Shown here: positions 18,999 to 25,937 of the stretch, in pieces
Layout: each line of letters begins with the position of its first letter
Position numbering within the stretch: position 1 is the first letter of the stretch
Source of the DNA: a virus
Taxonomy: Duplodnaviria; Caudoviricetes
Length of the DNA: 37,820 nucleotides
Strand: one strand, 5' to 3'
Virus record (IMG/VR): IMGVR_UViG_3300016263_000548
Coordinates: 1-37,820 of that record
Program-made: the position numbers and the translations under genes
Notes under the pieces: generated by a model
What the model was told of the DNA's origin: nothing
The model's database searches: none
Seen by the model: only the letters and a program-made list of their open reading frames with translations

Positions 18999-19439
18999 AT
19001 GAAACAGCCAATTTCCGTGGCTGAAGCGGCCAAAATCCTCGGCATGTCCCAGGTTGGCGTGTTGAAGCGAATCTCGAAGGGACAGATTCTTGCGGTCCCC
19101 CTCAGCGGCAAGGGGCTGCTCGTCTGCCGGGAGTCCGTCGAGGGACAGGATTGCAATCTTGAAGAGTTCCGGAAGACATGCAGGCGGTGGATCAGCGTCC
19201 CCGATGCTTGTGACATCGTCTGCGTGACCGACGCCATGATCGGCCGCATGCTTGCCGACGGGAGACTGAAGGGATTCCGGCTCAACGACAAGGCGTGGGC
19301 CGTCGATCGCAAGTCTTGCGAACAAAACATCCGCGAGTACCTCGCCAATCCGCCGACGTACGGGAGGCCGCGACGAGTCGGCGAGCGAAGAGCCCCGGCG
19401 AAGCGGCCCAGCGGAAGGTCTCGCCGAAAAACTCCTTGA
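18999..19439 (+). CDS. Tandem excisionase-like (HTH_17/MerR-type) DNA-binding protein
   Basis: Two repeats: ISVAEAAKILGMS...RISKGQI and ISVPDACDIVCVT...MLADGRL; divergent from int. Confidence 0.75.
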   Translation: MKQPISVAEAAKILGMSQVGVLKRISKGQILAVPLSGKGLLVCRESVEGQDCNLEEFRKTCRRWISVPDACDIVCVTDAMIGRMLADGRLKGFRLNDKAWAVDRKSCEQNIREYLANPPTYGRPRRVGERRAPAKRPSGRSRRKTP

Positions 19440-19463
19440 CCAAGGTTTGCGTGTCCGTACACT
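19436..19463 (+). promoter_or_regulatory. Sigma70-like promoter (probably leaderless) containing the 12-bp motif
   Basis: TTGACC-N16-TACACT; ATG 6 nt downstream; near-duplicate at 21103-21130. Confidence 0.6.
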
Positions 19464-19469
19464 CCGGGC

Positions 19470-19742
19470 ATGTCGCTGCTGAAAAAACTCTTCTCGCCGC
19501 CCGAGCCTGCCTCGCAGCCTCGCGACGAGTGCGATCTTCCCGACACGAACGTGATGCGTGTTCGCGCGGCTCTCCTGGCTCGCTCTGAGTCTGGATACAG
19601 AAAGTACGGCACGACGACAGACCGTGCCGACATCGACCTCGCCGGTTGGCTCCAGCATCTTCAAGAGGAGTTGCTCGACGCGGCGGTGTACGTAGAGAGA
19701 CTCAAGGAGGAAGTTCGTCGTGGACAGCAAATCGGCCGTTGA
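19470..19742 (+). CDS. MazG/all-alpha NTP-pyrophosphatase-like small protein
   Basis: GYRKYGTT.DR.D...WLQHLQEELLDAAVY motif (EExxD). Confidence 0.55.
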   Translation: MSLLKKLFSPPEPASQPRDECDLPDTNVMRVRAALLARSESGYRKYGTTTDRADIDLAGWLQHLQEELLDAAVYVERLKEEVRRGQQIGR

Positions 19743-19953
19743 GACTGTCACTCACGCAGTCGTCGCCATCTGGGTTTGGGCAGTCGTTCTCATGGCGGCG
19801 TCGCTCGTGTTCACGGCGGCGTGGAATTGCGGAGTCTCGCCTGTCTTCGGCCTGACTCGGCTCGGCTCGCTTGAATCGCTCTGCATGCTCGTCTGCGTGT
19901 GGATTCTGTCCCGCATTGTCCTGCCGAAGGTCACTCTTGAGGTGCGAGCATGA
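19720..19953 (+). CDS. Hypothetical membrane protein
   Basis: SD GGAGG; two hydrophobic segments. Confidence 0.55.
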   Translation: MDSKSAVETVTHAVVAIWVWAVVLMAASLVFTAAWNCGVSPVFGLTRLGSLESLCMLVCVWILSRIVLPKVTLEVRA

Positions 19954-20234
19954 GACTGATCGTCGAGAAACTTGATGGCGAAGTCTTCGTGTACATGGAG
20001 ACGGAGCGTGAATACGACAATAACGAGCCAGAGCGTATCGACGAAGGCTCGCGTCGGCTCCCGTTCTCGATCCTGAATCAGGAGTGCGACTTGTCTGCAT
20101 ACGCTGACAACGTCCACTGGTCGTTCTACCTTCCTTCGGAGTATGGCGAAGATGAAGACTGCGAAGCCACGGAAGACTTTGACTGCGACGAGCCGTGCCG
20201 AATGCGCGATCGTCGACGGCGAGAAGATTGTTGA
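19950..20234 (+). CDS. Hypothetical acidic protein
   Basis: ATGA coupling to the previous gene, SD GAGG. Confidence 0.5.
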   Translation: MRLIVEKLDGEVFVYMETEREYDNNEPERIDEGSRRLPFSILNQECDLSAYADNVHWSFYLPSEYGEDEDCEATEDFDCDEPCRMRDRRRREDC

Positions 20235-20337
20235 CACGTCGTTCGATCTCTACGACGGCAGGACTTCGGCCGGTGAACTGCGTCGTTATGCGGCGTGGCT
20301 CGTGAAGGCCGCGAAGTGGCTGGAGGACAACGAATGA
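20143..20337 (+). CDS. Hypothetical protein
   Basis: GGAG upstream; stop coupled (ATGA) to the next gene. Confidence 0.5.
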   Translation: MAKMKTAKPRKTLTATSRAECAIVDGEKIVDTSFDLYDGRTSAGELRRYAAWLVKAAKWLEDNE

Positions 20338-20726
20338 GCGCCGATATCGTTAGTCTTCTTCGCCAGAACGCTCTCTGTCTGATGTGCAACGGCATCGCAG
20401 AGAACGCTGCCCAAGAGATCGAGCGGCTGCGTGAGTGCATGGCCGGGCAGGAGACTCTCGGCTCGCACTCGTCTGACGATGTGATGCGGTCTCTGGCTGC
20501 TGCGGTCGCGGACTGTGACCCGTGCGGTCGCGAAGACTGCGTCTCGGCGGACCCGCACTTCCTGGCGGTCGTCCTGTCGGAGATGACTCGGCTCCGAAGG
20601 ACTGTGGCTCTCGGCGCGGCTCTCTCGCTGGCTGCGAGACGGGCATGGAGAGAGTCGAGCCTGCGGTCGCAGAGTGTCACTGATGTGATGAACGCAGCGG
20701 CGAGGTTCGAGGCTGAGATCGCCTGA
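20334..20726 (+). CDS. Hypothetical protein
   Basis: SD GGAGG, ATGA coupling; DIV..LR...AA.EIERLR pattern common in small phage proteins. Confidence 0.6.
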   Translation: MSADIVSLLRQNALCLMCNGIAENAAQEIERLRECMAGQETLGSHSSDDVMRSLAAAVADCDPCGREDCVSADPHFLAVVLSEMTRLRRTVALGAALSLAARRAWRESSLRSQSVTDVMNAAARFEAEIA

Positions 20727-21094
20727 TGACCGACGCCCTCTCTGATGCGATCGTCGAGTACCTCTCGTCCCAGTACGGCGGGGTGTTCTCGGGCAACGTC
20801 CAGGCGTACGTCACGAGCGTGGCTGCGACCCAAGAAGCCGGGGGGCTGGCGACGCTCGACATCAGCGTGAAACTCGTCGACCGAGGCGGCGCCAAGCCGA
20901 AGAAGCCGAAGTCTCCGTGGGTCGCGGTCAAGTCTCGGCTCCCTGACGTCGACGAGACTGTGCTGGTCTGCCGTGGCGACGCTGTCTCGGTCGGAGCGTG
21001 CGACGAAGACGGCACGTTCGTCAAGCCAGACTCGCTTGCGACGTTCAAGCCGCAGCCAACGCACTGGCAGCCGCTCCCCGCTGGCGTGGCCTGA
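20726..21094 (+). CDS. Hypothetical protein with C-terminal DUF551-like domain
   Basis: WVAVKSRLP...VLV...PTHWQPLP. Confidence 0.6.
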   Translation: MTDALSDAIVEYLSSQYGGVFSGNVQAYVTSVAATQEAGGLATLDISVKLVDRGGAKPKKPKSPWVAVKSRLPDVDETVLVCRGDAVSVGACDEDGTFVKPDSLATFKPQPTHWQPLPAGVA

Positions 21095-21102
21095 AAAACT
21101 CC

Positions 21103-21130
21103 TTGCACGCAGTTGGCGTGTCCGTACACT
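21103..21130 (+). promoter_or_regulatory. Sigma70-like promoter for the Y-RNA/Ro60 unit
   Basis: TTGCAC-N16-TACACT; shares AAAAACTCCTTG and GCGTGTCCGTACACT with the 19436 promoter; predicted start ~21137 matches the 5' end of hairpin 1. Confidence 0.6.
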
Positions 21131-21137
21131 GACTTTC

Positions 21138-21206
21138 GTCGCGTAGTGCAGGCCACGGCTACTTCTCTTGAAAAGAACCCGTGCCGTGTCCGTTTGTTCT
21201 CGCGAC
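21138..21206 (+). ncRNA. Putative Y RNA-like (Yrl-type) ncRNA 1
   Basis: GTCGCG/CGCGAC terminal stem, GCGTAGTGCAG/TTGTTCTCGC bulged helix, CACGGC/GCCGTG inner stem, TACTTC motif; upstream of the Ro60 gene. Confidence 0.65.
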
Positions 21207-21217
21207 TCTCTCTGTAC

Positions 21218-21289
21218 TGCTGGCGTAGTGCAGAGGCCGGATACTTCACTAAGGCTGTTTTGTTCCCGGCCTCGCTGTTCTCGCCAGCA
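21218..21289 (+). ncRNA. Putative Y RNA-like (Yrl-type) ncRNA 2
   Basis: TGCTGGCG/CGCCAGCA terminal stem, same bulged helix, AGGCCGG/CCGGCCT inner stem, TACTTC motif; followed by T6. Confidence 0.65.
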
Positions 21290-21320
21290 TCTTTTTTCAC
21301 TTCAGCCAGGAGCCACGGTC

Positions 21321-22622
21321 GTGCGAATCAACACTTCCCAAGTCTCGCCCGCCGTGGTCACTCACGAGGGTGGCCCTGCTGTTCGCATCACCCCCAGCCA
21401 GGAACTGCGACGCAGCGTCCTGACATGCCTGCTCTGGGAGTCGACGCACTACGAGGACGGCGTCGACGTCGCGGATCGAATCCTCGCCCTGTGCGAGAAG
21501 GTCGAGCCGTCTGAGATCGCGGCTCTCGCCGTCGAGGCTCGCTCGAAGTTCCATCTTCGTCACGTGCCTCTGCTCCTGCTCAAGGCTCTCATCAAGCGAG
21601 GCACGGGCAAACTCGTCTCGCAGGCGATCGTCGACACGATTCAGCGTGCCGACGAACTCGCGGAACTTGTCGCGATCTACTGGGCCGACGGCCGCAAGCC
21701 GCTCTCGAACCCGATGAAGAAGGGCTTGGCCCAGGCATTCAAGAAGTTCAATGCGTATCAACTTGCCAAGTACAACAAGCCTGACGCCGTGAAACTTCGC
21801 GACGTTCTGTTCCTGTGTCACGCCAAGCCCGACACGCCCGAGCAGGCGGCAACGTGGCGGTCTCTCGTCGAGGGCACGCTCGCGTCTCCCGATACGTGGG
21901 AGGTCGCGCTCTCTGCGGGAGCCGACAAGAAGGCCACGTTCGAGAGGCTGATCCGCGAGCAACGGATCGGCTATCTCGCCCTGCTTCGCAATCTGCGAAA
22001 CATGATCGAGGCTGGCGTCGAGACGTCGCTGGTCAAGAACGCGATCCTGGGCAGGCTCGGCGCGGATCGCGTGCTGCCGTTTCGTTTCGTTGCTGCTGCC
22101 AAGGCCGCGCCGTCACTGGAGCCGACGCTCGACATCGCGATGTTGGCGTCGATCCACGAGATGCCGACGCTCGATGGCAAGACAATCGTGCTGGTCGACG
22201 TCTCTGGCTCGATGCACACGCCGCTCTCTGGTCGATCAGACTTGACACGAATCGACGCCGCTGCGTCGCTCGCTGCGATCTTGAACTGCGATGACCTTCG
22301 TGTCTTCACGTTCTCGGACGCAGTAGTGGAAGTGCCGCCTCGTCGAGGACTGTCTGGCGTTGAAGCGATCGAGACATCGCAGCGCCACGGTGGCACTCGT
22401 CTCGGCGAAGCGATTCGATACGTCGAGCGATTCGCTCACGATCGGCTGATCGTGGTCACCGACGAGCAGTCGCATGATCGAGTCGTGCGGCCGAAGGCCG
22501 CACGTGCATATATGGTCAACGTCGCGCCGTACAAAAACGGCGTCGGCTACCGGGACGGCTGGGTCCACGTCGACGGATTCTCCGAAAACGTGATCCGGTA
22601 CATCGTCGAGTCCGAGGCCTGA
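21321..22622 (+). CDS. rsr: Ro60/Rsr-like TROVE domain protein with C-terminal vWA domain
   Basis: SD AGGAG then GTG; THEGG, QRADEL, YQLAKY, LRDVLFLCHAKP, TWE..LS, ALLRNLRN, VLPFRF; MIDAS DVSGSM, GGT and VVTDEQ. Confidence 0.9.
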   Translation: MRINTSQVSPAVVTHEGGPAVRITPSQELRRSVLTCLLWESTHYEDGVDVADRILALCEKVEPSEIAALAVEARSKFHLRHVPLLLLKALIKRGTGKLVSQAIVDTIQRADELAELVAIYWADGRKPLSNPMKKGLAQAFKKFNAYQLAKYNKPDAVKLRDVLFLCHAKPDTPEQAATWRSLVEGTLASPDTWEVALSAGADKKATFERLIREQRIGYLALLRNLRNMIEAGVETSLVKNAILGRLGADRVLPFRFVAAAKAAPSLEPTLDIAMLASIHEMPTLDGKTIVLVDVSGSMHTPLSGRSDLTRIDAAASLAAILNCDDLRVFTFSDAVVEVPPRRGLSGVEAIETSQRHGGTRLGEAIRYVERFAHDRLIVVTDEQSHDRVVRPKAARAYMVNVAPYKNGVGYRDGWVHVDGFSENVIRYIVESEA

Positions 22623-22641
22623 TTTCTGGCCCCCAGGCCAG

Positions 22642-22677
22642 AAACCCCCGTTTTTGGCCGAAAAACAGGGGTTTTTT
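22642..22677 (+). terminator. Intrinsic terminator (cassette copy 1)
   Basis: AAACCCC-C-GTTTTT/AAAAAC-A-GGGGTTT stem followed by a T run, right after the Ro60 gene. Confidence 0.75.
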
Positions 22678-22705
22678 GAGTTGTGTCATAAACCGAAAAA
22701 TCCGT

Positions 22706-22734
22706 TTGACACTACTCCGGGCGTCCCCTATACT
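22706..22734 (+). promoter_or_regulatory. Strong sigma70-like early promoter
   Basis: TTGACA-N17-TATACT with an A-rich UP-like element. Confidence 0.8.
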
Positions 22735-22796
22735 AGTCGCATGACGAGTGGACGTCACCCGTCGTAAAGCCCAGTCGATTTTCAAGGAGAAGCCCA

Positions 22797-24083
22797 GTGA
22801 ACAACGTCACCAACAACTCGTGGCAGTCATACAAGATCGGAGCCGTGATCACCGTCGCCGACGGCCGCGAGTTCACGATCGAGTCGGTCGAGACCCGTGA
22901 GACGGAGAAGGGCAGGCAGACCCGCCTGTTCCACCTCGTCGGACCCAACGGCGAGCGGGTCGTCAAGACTTCTCGCGGCCTGAGCCTGTGGGCTTCCGGT
23001 GCCGAGAAGTCTGGACACGGTAACGATTCCGCGACGATCGTCAACAGCGACTCAGAGATCGCCGACGCCGTCCGCGACCACTACGCTGGTGGCCGAGACT
23101 TGGCGACGATCATCGCCGAGGCGATTCGCGACACGGGCATCGTCCAGGGCGGCTCGGCTGACGCCGGGATCGACCGGGACGAGGTCGCCAAGATCGTGGA
23201 CGATCGGATCGCGGCCCTGGTGCCGCAGCGGATCGAGGTCGTGACCGTCGAGGGCGTGACCAACGACGTCGGCGTCCAGCACGTCCAGTTCGAGGCCTTG
23301 CTCGCCGCCGTCGCGGCACGCCGGAACCTCTGGCTTGTCGGCCCTGCCGGATCGGGCAAGACGTCGTCGGCTCACGCCGTCGCGGACAGTCTCGGCTTGG
23401 CGTTCTACGCCAAGAGCGTCGGGCCGCAGACGTCGGAGTCGAGCCTGCTCGGCTACCATGACGCCAACGGCAAGGTCGTCCGGACCCAACTCCGCGACGC
23501 CTATGAACACGGCGGCGTGTTCCTGCTCGACGAGGTCGACGCGGCCAATCCGGCCGTGCTGGTCGTGATCAATCAGTTGCTCGCGAACGGTCACGCCTCG
23601 TTCCCCGACGCGGTGGTCGAGAAGCACAAGGACTTCGTGCTGATCGCGGGAGCGAACACGATCGGCCAGGGGGCCGACCGGCAGTACGTGGGACGGCAGC
23701 AGATCGACGCGGCGACGCTCGATCGGTTCGTCCTGCTCGACTGGCCGTATGACCCCCGGATCGAGGCGGCGGCGTGCGGCCTGTCGGTCGAGTTGTTCTC
23801 GGAGGCCCCGGCCCCCAAGGGCATCAAACTCCACTCGGTCAAGACGGACGGCGAGCGGGCCGTCGCCGAGGACCGCGTGGCTGAGTACGTGAAGAAGGTC
23901 GTCGCCATCCGCAACGCCATTGCCAAGTTGGGCAAGGGCGTGCGGGTGATCGTCTCGCCTCGTGCGAACATCAACGGCGTGGCTCTCCTGCGGGCAGGCT
24001 GGCCGGTCGACGCCGTCCTCGACGCCTGCGTCTGGAAGGGCCTCGACAAGGACACGCGGGACAAGATCGCGGCGAACCTCTAG
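22797..24083 (+). CDS. MoxR/CbbQ/CobS-type AAA+ ATPase (AAA_5-like)
   Basis: SD AAGGAG; Walker A GPAGSGKT, Walker B FLLDEVD, GANT sensor 1, DAATLDRF Arg finger, SPRA sensor 2. Confidence 0.9.
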   Translation: MNNVTNNSWQSYKIGAVITVADGREFTIESVETRETEKGRQTRLFHLVGPNGERVVKTSRGLSLWASGAEKSGHGNDSATIVNSDSEIADAVRDHYAGGRDLATIIAEAIRDTGIVQGGSADAGIDRDEVAKIVDDRIAALVPQRIEVVTVEGVTNDVGVQHVQFEALLAAVAARRNLWLVGPAGSGKTSSAHAVADSLGLAFYAKSVGPQTSESSLLGYHDANGKVVRTQLRDAYEHGGVFLLDEVDAANPAVLVVINQLLANGHASFPDAVVEKHKDFVLIAGANTIGQGADRQYVGRQQIDAATLDRFVLLDWPYDPRIEAAACGLSVELFSEAPAPKGIKLHSVKTDGERAVAEDRVAEYVKKVVAIRNAIAKLGKGVRVIVSPRANINGVALLRAGWPVDAVLDACVWKGLDKDTRDKIAANL

Positions 24084-24099
24084 TCGAGTTGTCCGGACA

Positions 24100-24138
24100 C
24101 GCTCCCCGGCTGGCTATGGGCTTGCCAGCCGGGGAGCG
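24100..24138. repeat. Perfect 15-bp inverted repeat
   Basis: CGCTCCCCGGCTGGC-N9-GCCAGCCGGGGAGCG; no T tract on either side. Confidence 0.85.
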
Positions 24139-24173
24139 GGGAAACGGAGCAGGCCCAGGAGCAAGACACCACC

Positions 24174-25007
24174 ATGACCAAGATCGTCACCAAGAACTAT
24201 GAGACCGTCGGCGAGTATCTCGCGGACCTGGCACGGCCCGAGAAGGGCGTGAGCCAGAACAGCCAGGGCACCGGCCGACGGGACTTCTTCTGGACGGACA
24301 CCTACGCCGACGCTGGCAAGTTGTTCGCCAGCGGCTGGGCTGACGGCGTCGCTCGCGTGAACAAGCACCGCGATGGTCTCGCGGCGTTTCTCGATGCCGC
24401 CAAGACTTGCAAGTCCAAGACGTTCGGCTGGGACGTCGTCGGAGACTTCATTGACGTTGGCCGAGTCTTGTCGGGCGAGCCCGAGTGCTGCGGCCAGGAG
24501 TTCGACAACGGCGACACGGTCGCCAGGAAGGTTGTGTCGATCCGGCTGAACCAGTGCGTCAGCGGAGCCGTGAGTGCCGACGCGATCGCTGCCCGTGGCG
24601 TCGCCGTGCTGGTGGCCGTCGACTTGCTGGAGTCGTGCGGCATCCGCTGCGAAGTGATCTGCTCGACCGCGACCAAGGGTCACGGCCTGCATCTCACGGC
24701 CAACGTCACCGCCAAGCGGGCCAATGAGATCGTCGACCCTGACCGTCTCGCGTTCTGCGTCGCGCACCCGAGTTTCTTCCGCCGCTTTGGCTTCCGCTGG
24801 ATGGAGTTGTACGGACACAGCCCCTCGAACTGCCGCCCGGCGGCGGTCGACGATTACGGCACTCGCGAAGGCACGGTCGAGATCGACGAGATTCTCTCGG
24901 CGGTCAACCTGTCGGCCGAGAGCCTCAAGGCCAACGTGATTAAGATCGCGCAGAAGTGCGGCCTGGAGTTCGATGACGAGCAGATCGCGGAACTGATCAA
25001 GTCCTGA
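24174..25007 (+). CDS. Degenerate vWA-like AAA partner protein, paralog 1
   Basis: SD AGGAG; A..L..GW..G, WDVVGDFIDVGRVLSGEPEC, AVDLLES.G.R.E, DRLAF..AHPSFFRR motifs. Confidence 0.65.
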   Translation: MTKIVTKNYETVGEYLADLARPEKGVSQNSQGTGRRDFFWTDTYADAGKLFASGWADGVARVNKHRDGLAAFLDAAKTCKSKTFGWDVVGDFIDVGRVLSGEPECCGQEFDNGDTVARKVVSIRLNQCVSGAVSADAIAARGVAVLVAVDLLESCGIRCEVICSTATKGHGLHLTANVTAKRANEIVDPDRLAFCVAHPSFFRRFGFRWMELYGHSPSNCRPAAVDDYGTREGTVEIDEILSAVNLSAESLKANVIKIAQKCGLEFDDEQIAELIKS

Positions 25008-25032
25008 AACGCAACCCACAAGGAGCAGACCC

Positions 25033-25860
25033 GTGAAACAGAATCACAAAGTCGTGACGTTCGAGACTGTCGGCGAGTTCGTCGCCAAGGCAGACACCCA
25101 AGGCGAGAACAGGAAAGTCTCGCACACTGGATTCGATGCGTCCTTCCATGGCACCGCTACGTTTCCCGAGGCCGTCTCGCTCGCCGTGCAGGGCTGGCCC
25201 GAAGGCGCCGAGCGCCTCACGAAACTCCGCGCCGAGTTGGAGGGCGTCGTCGACAAGGCGATCGCAGCCAAGTCGTGCAAACTGGAGTGGGACGTCACCG
25301 GAGACTTTCTCGACGTCGGCCGAGTCTTGTCGGGAGAGCCCGAGTGCTGTGGCTCGTTTCGGGAAGGCCAAGACTCACAGCCCTCGACTCGCGTGATCAA
25401 GTTGGTCGCGAACGTGTCGGCTCTTGGTGGAGTCAAGAAGGCGAGCATCTTCTCGGCTGGCGCTGCCGTGTTCGCGGCGGTCGACGTTCTTGAGACTCTC
25501 GGCCACCGAGTCGAACTCTGGCTCGGCAGCGGATCGCATCGTCGCCAGGACGGAGAGAAACTCACCGTGCTGGTCAAGGTCAAAGACGCTGCCCAGCCGT
25601 TCGAGCCCGATCGCGTCGCGTTCTTCCTTGCACACAACGCCAGCCTGCGTCGGCTGTTCTTCAGCGTGGAGGAAGACCTGGGCTTCTCGCCCAACGTGAC
25701 TGGCACGTGCCCGCTGCTCGTCGAGGAGGGCGCGATCGCCACGCCGGAGGTCAGCCAGAGCGATACTTCGGCGTCGGCCAGGGCCGCACGAGTCTTGCAA
25801 GTCTGCGAGTCTTGCGGCGTGTCGTTCACGAAAGAAGAACGGGAAGCGATTGTGTCATAG
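25033..25860 (+). CDS. Degenerate vWA-like AAA partner protein, paralog 2
   Basis: SD AAGGAG then GTG; same motifs (WDVTGDFLDVGRVLSGEPEC, HNASLRRLFF). Confidence 0.65.
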   Translation: MKQNHKVVTFETVGEFVAKADTQGENRKVSHTGFDASFHGTATFPEAVSLAVQGWPEGAERLTKLRAELEGVVDKAIAAKSCKLEWDVTGDFLDVGRVLSGEPECCGSFREGQDSQPSTRVIKLVANVSALGGVKKASIFSAGAAVFAAVDVLETLGHRVELWLGSGSHRRQDGEKLTVLVKVKDAAQPFEPDRVAFFLAHNASLRRLFFSVEEDLGFSPNVTGTCPLLVEEGAIATPEVSQSDTSASARAARVLQVCESCGVSFTKEEREAIVS

Positions 25861-25875
25861 GCCTGGACCGGCTGC

Positions 25876-25904
25876 TTGACACCACTCCGGACGTCTGCAA
25901 TACT
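25876..25904 (+). promoter_or_regulatory. Sigma70-like promoter related to the cassette promoter
   Basis: TTGACA-N17-AATACT; spacer CCACTCCGGACGTC resembles CTACTCCGGGCGTC at 22712. Confidence 0.65.
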
Positions 25905-25937
25905 TGGGCATCGCCCGATCGACAGGAGGAACAAGAC

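Larger units (their letters stand above)
22642..22750 (+). repeat. ~110-bp terminator+promoter cassette, copy 1 (copy 2 at 30458-30565)
   Basis: Shared AAAAACAGGGGTTTTTTGAGTTGTGTCATAAA.CGAAAAATCCG.TTGAC..TACTCC.GGC.TCCCC.ATACT.GTCG...GACGAGTG. Confidence 0.9.

Noticed and set aside
21138-21289. The two hairpin repeats as tRNA genes or a mini-CRISPR array
   Set aside because: There are no D or T arms, TTCGA or CCA. There are only two units, with structural rather than exact identity, and no cas genes.
21168-21320. 51-aa N-terminal extension of the TROVE ORF from TTG 21168
   Set aside because: It has no SD and runs through the two structured hairpins; GTG 21321 has AGGAG and gives a typical Rsr N-terminus.
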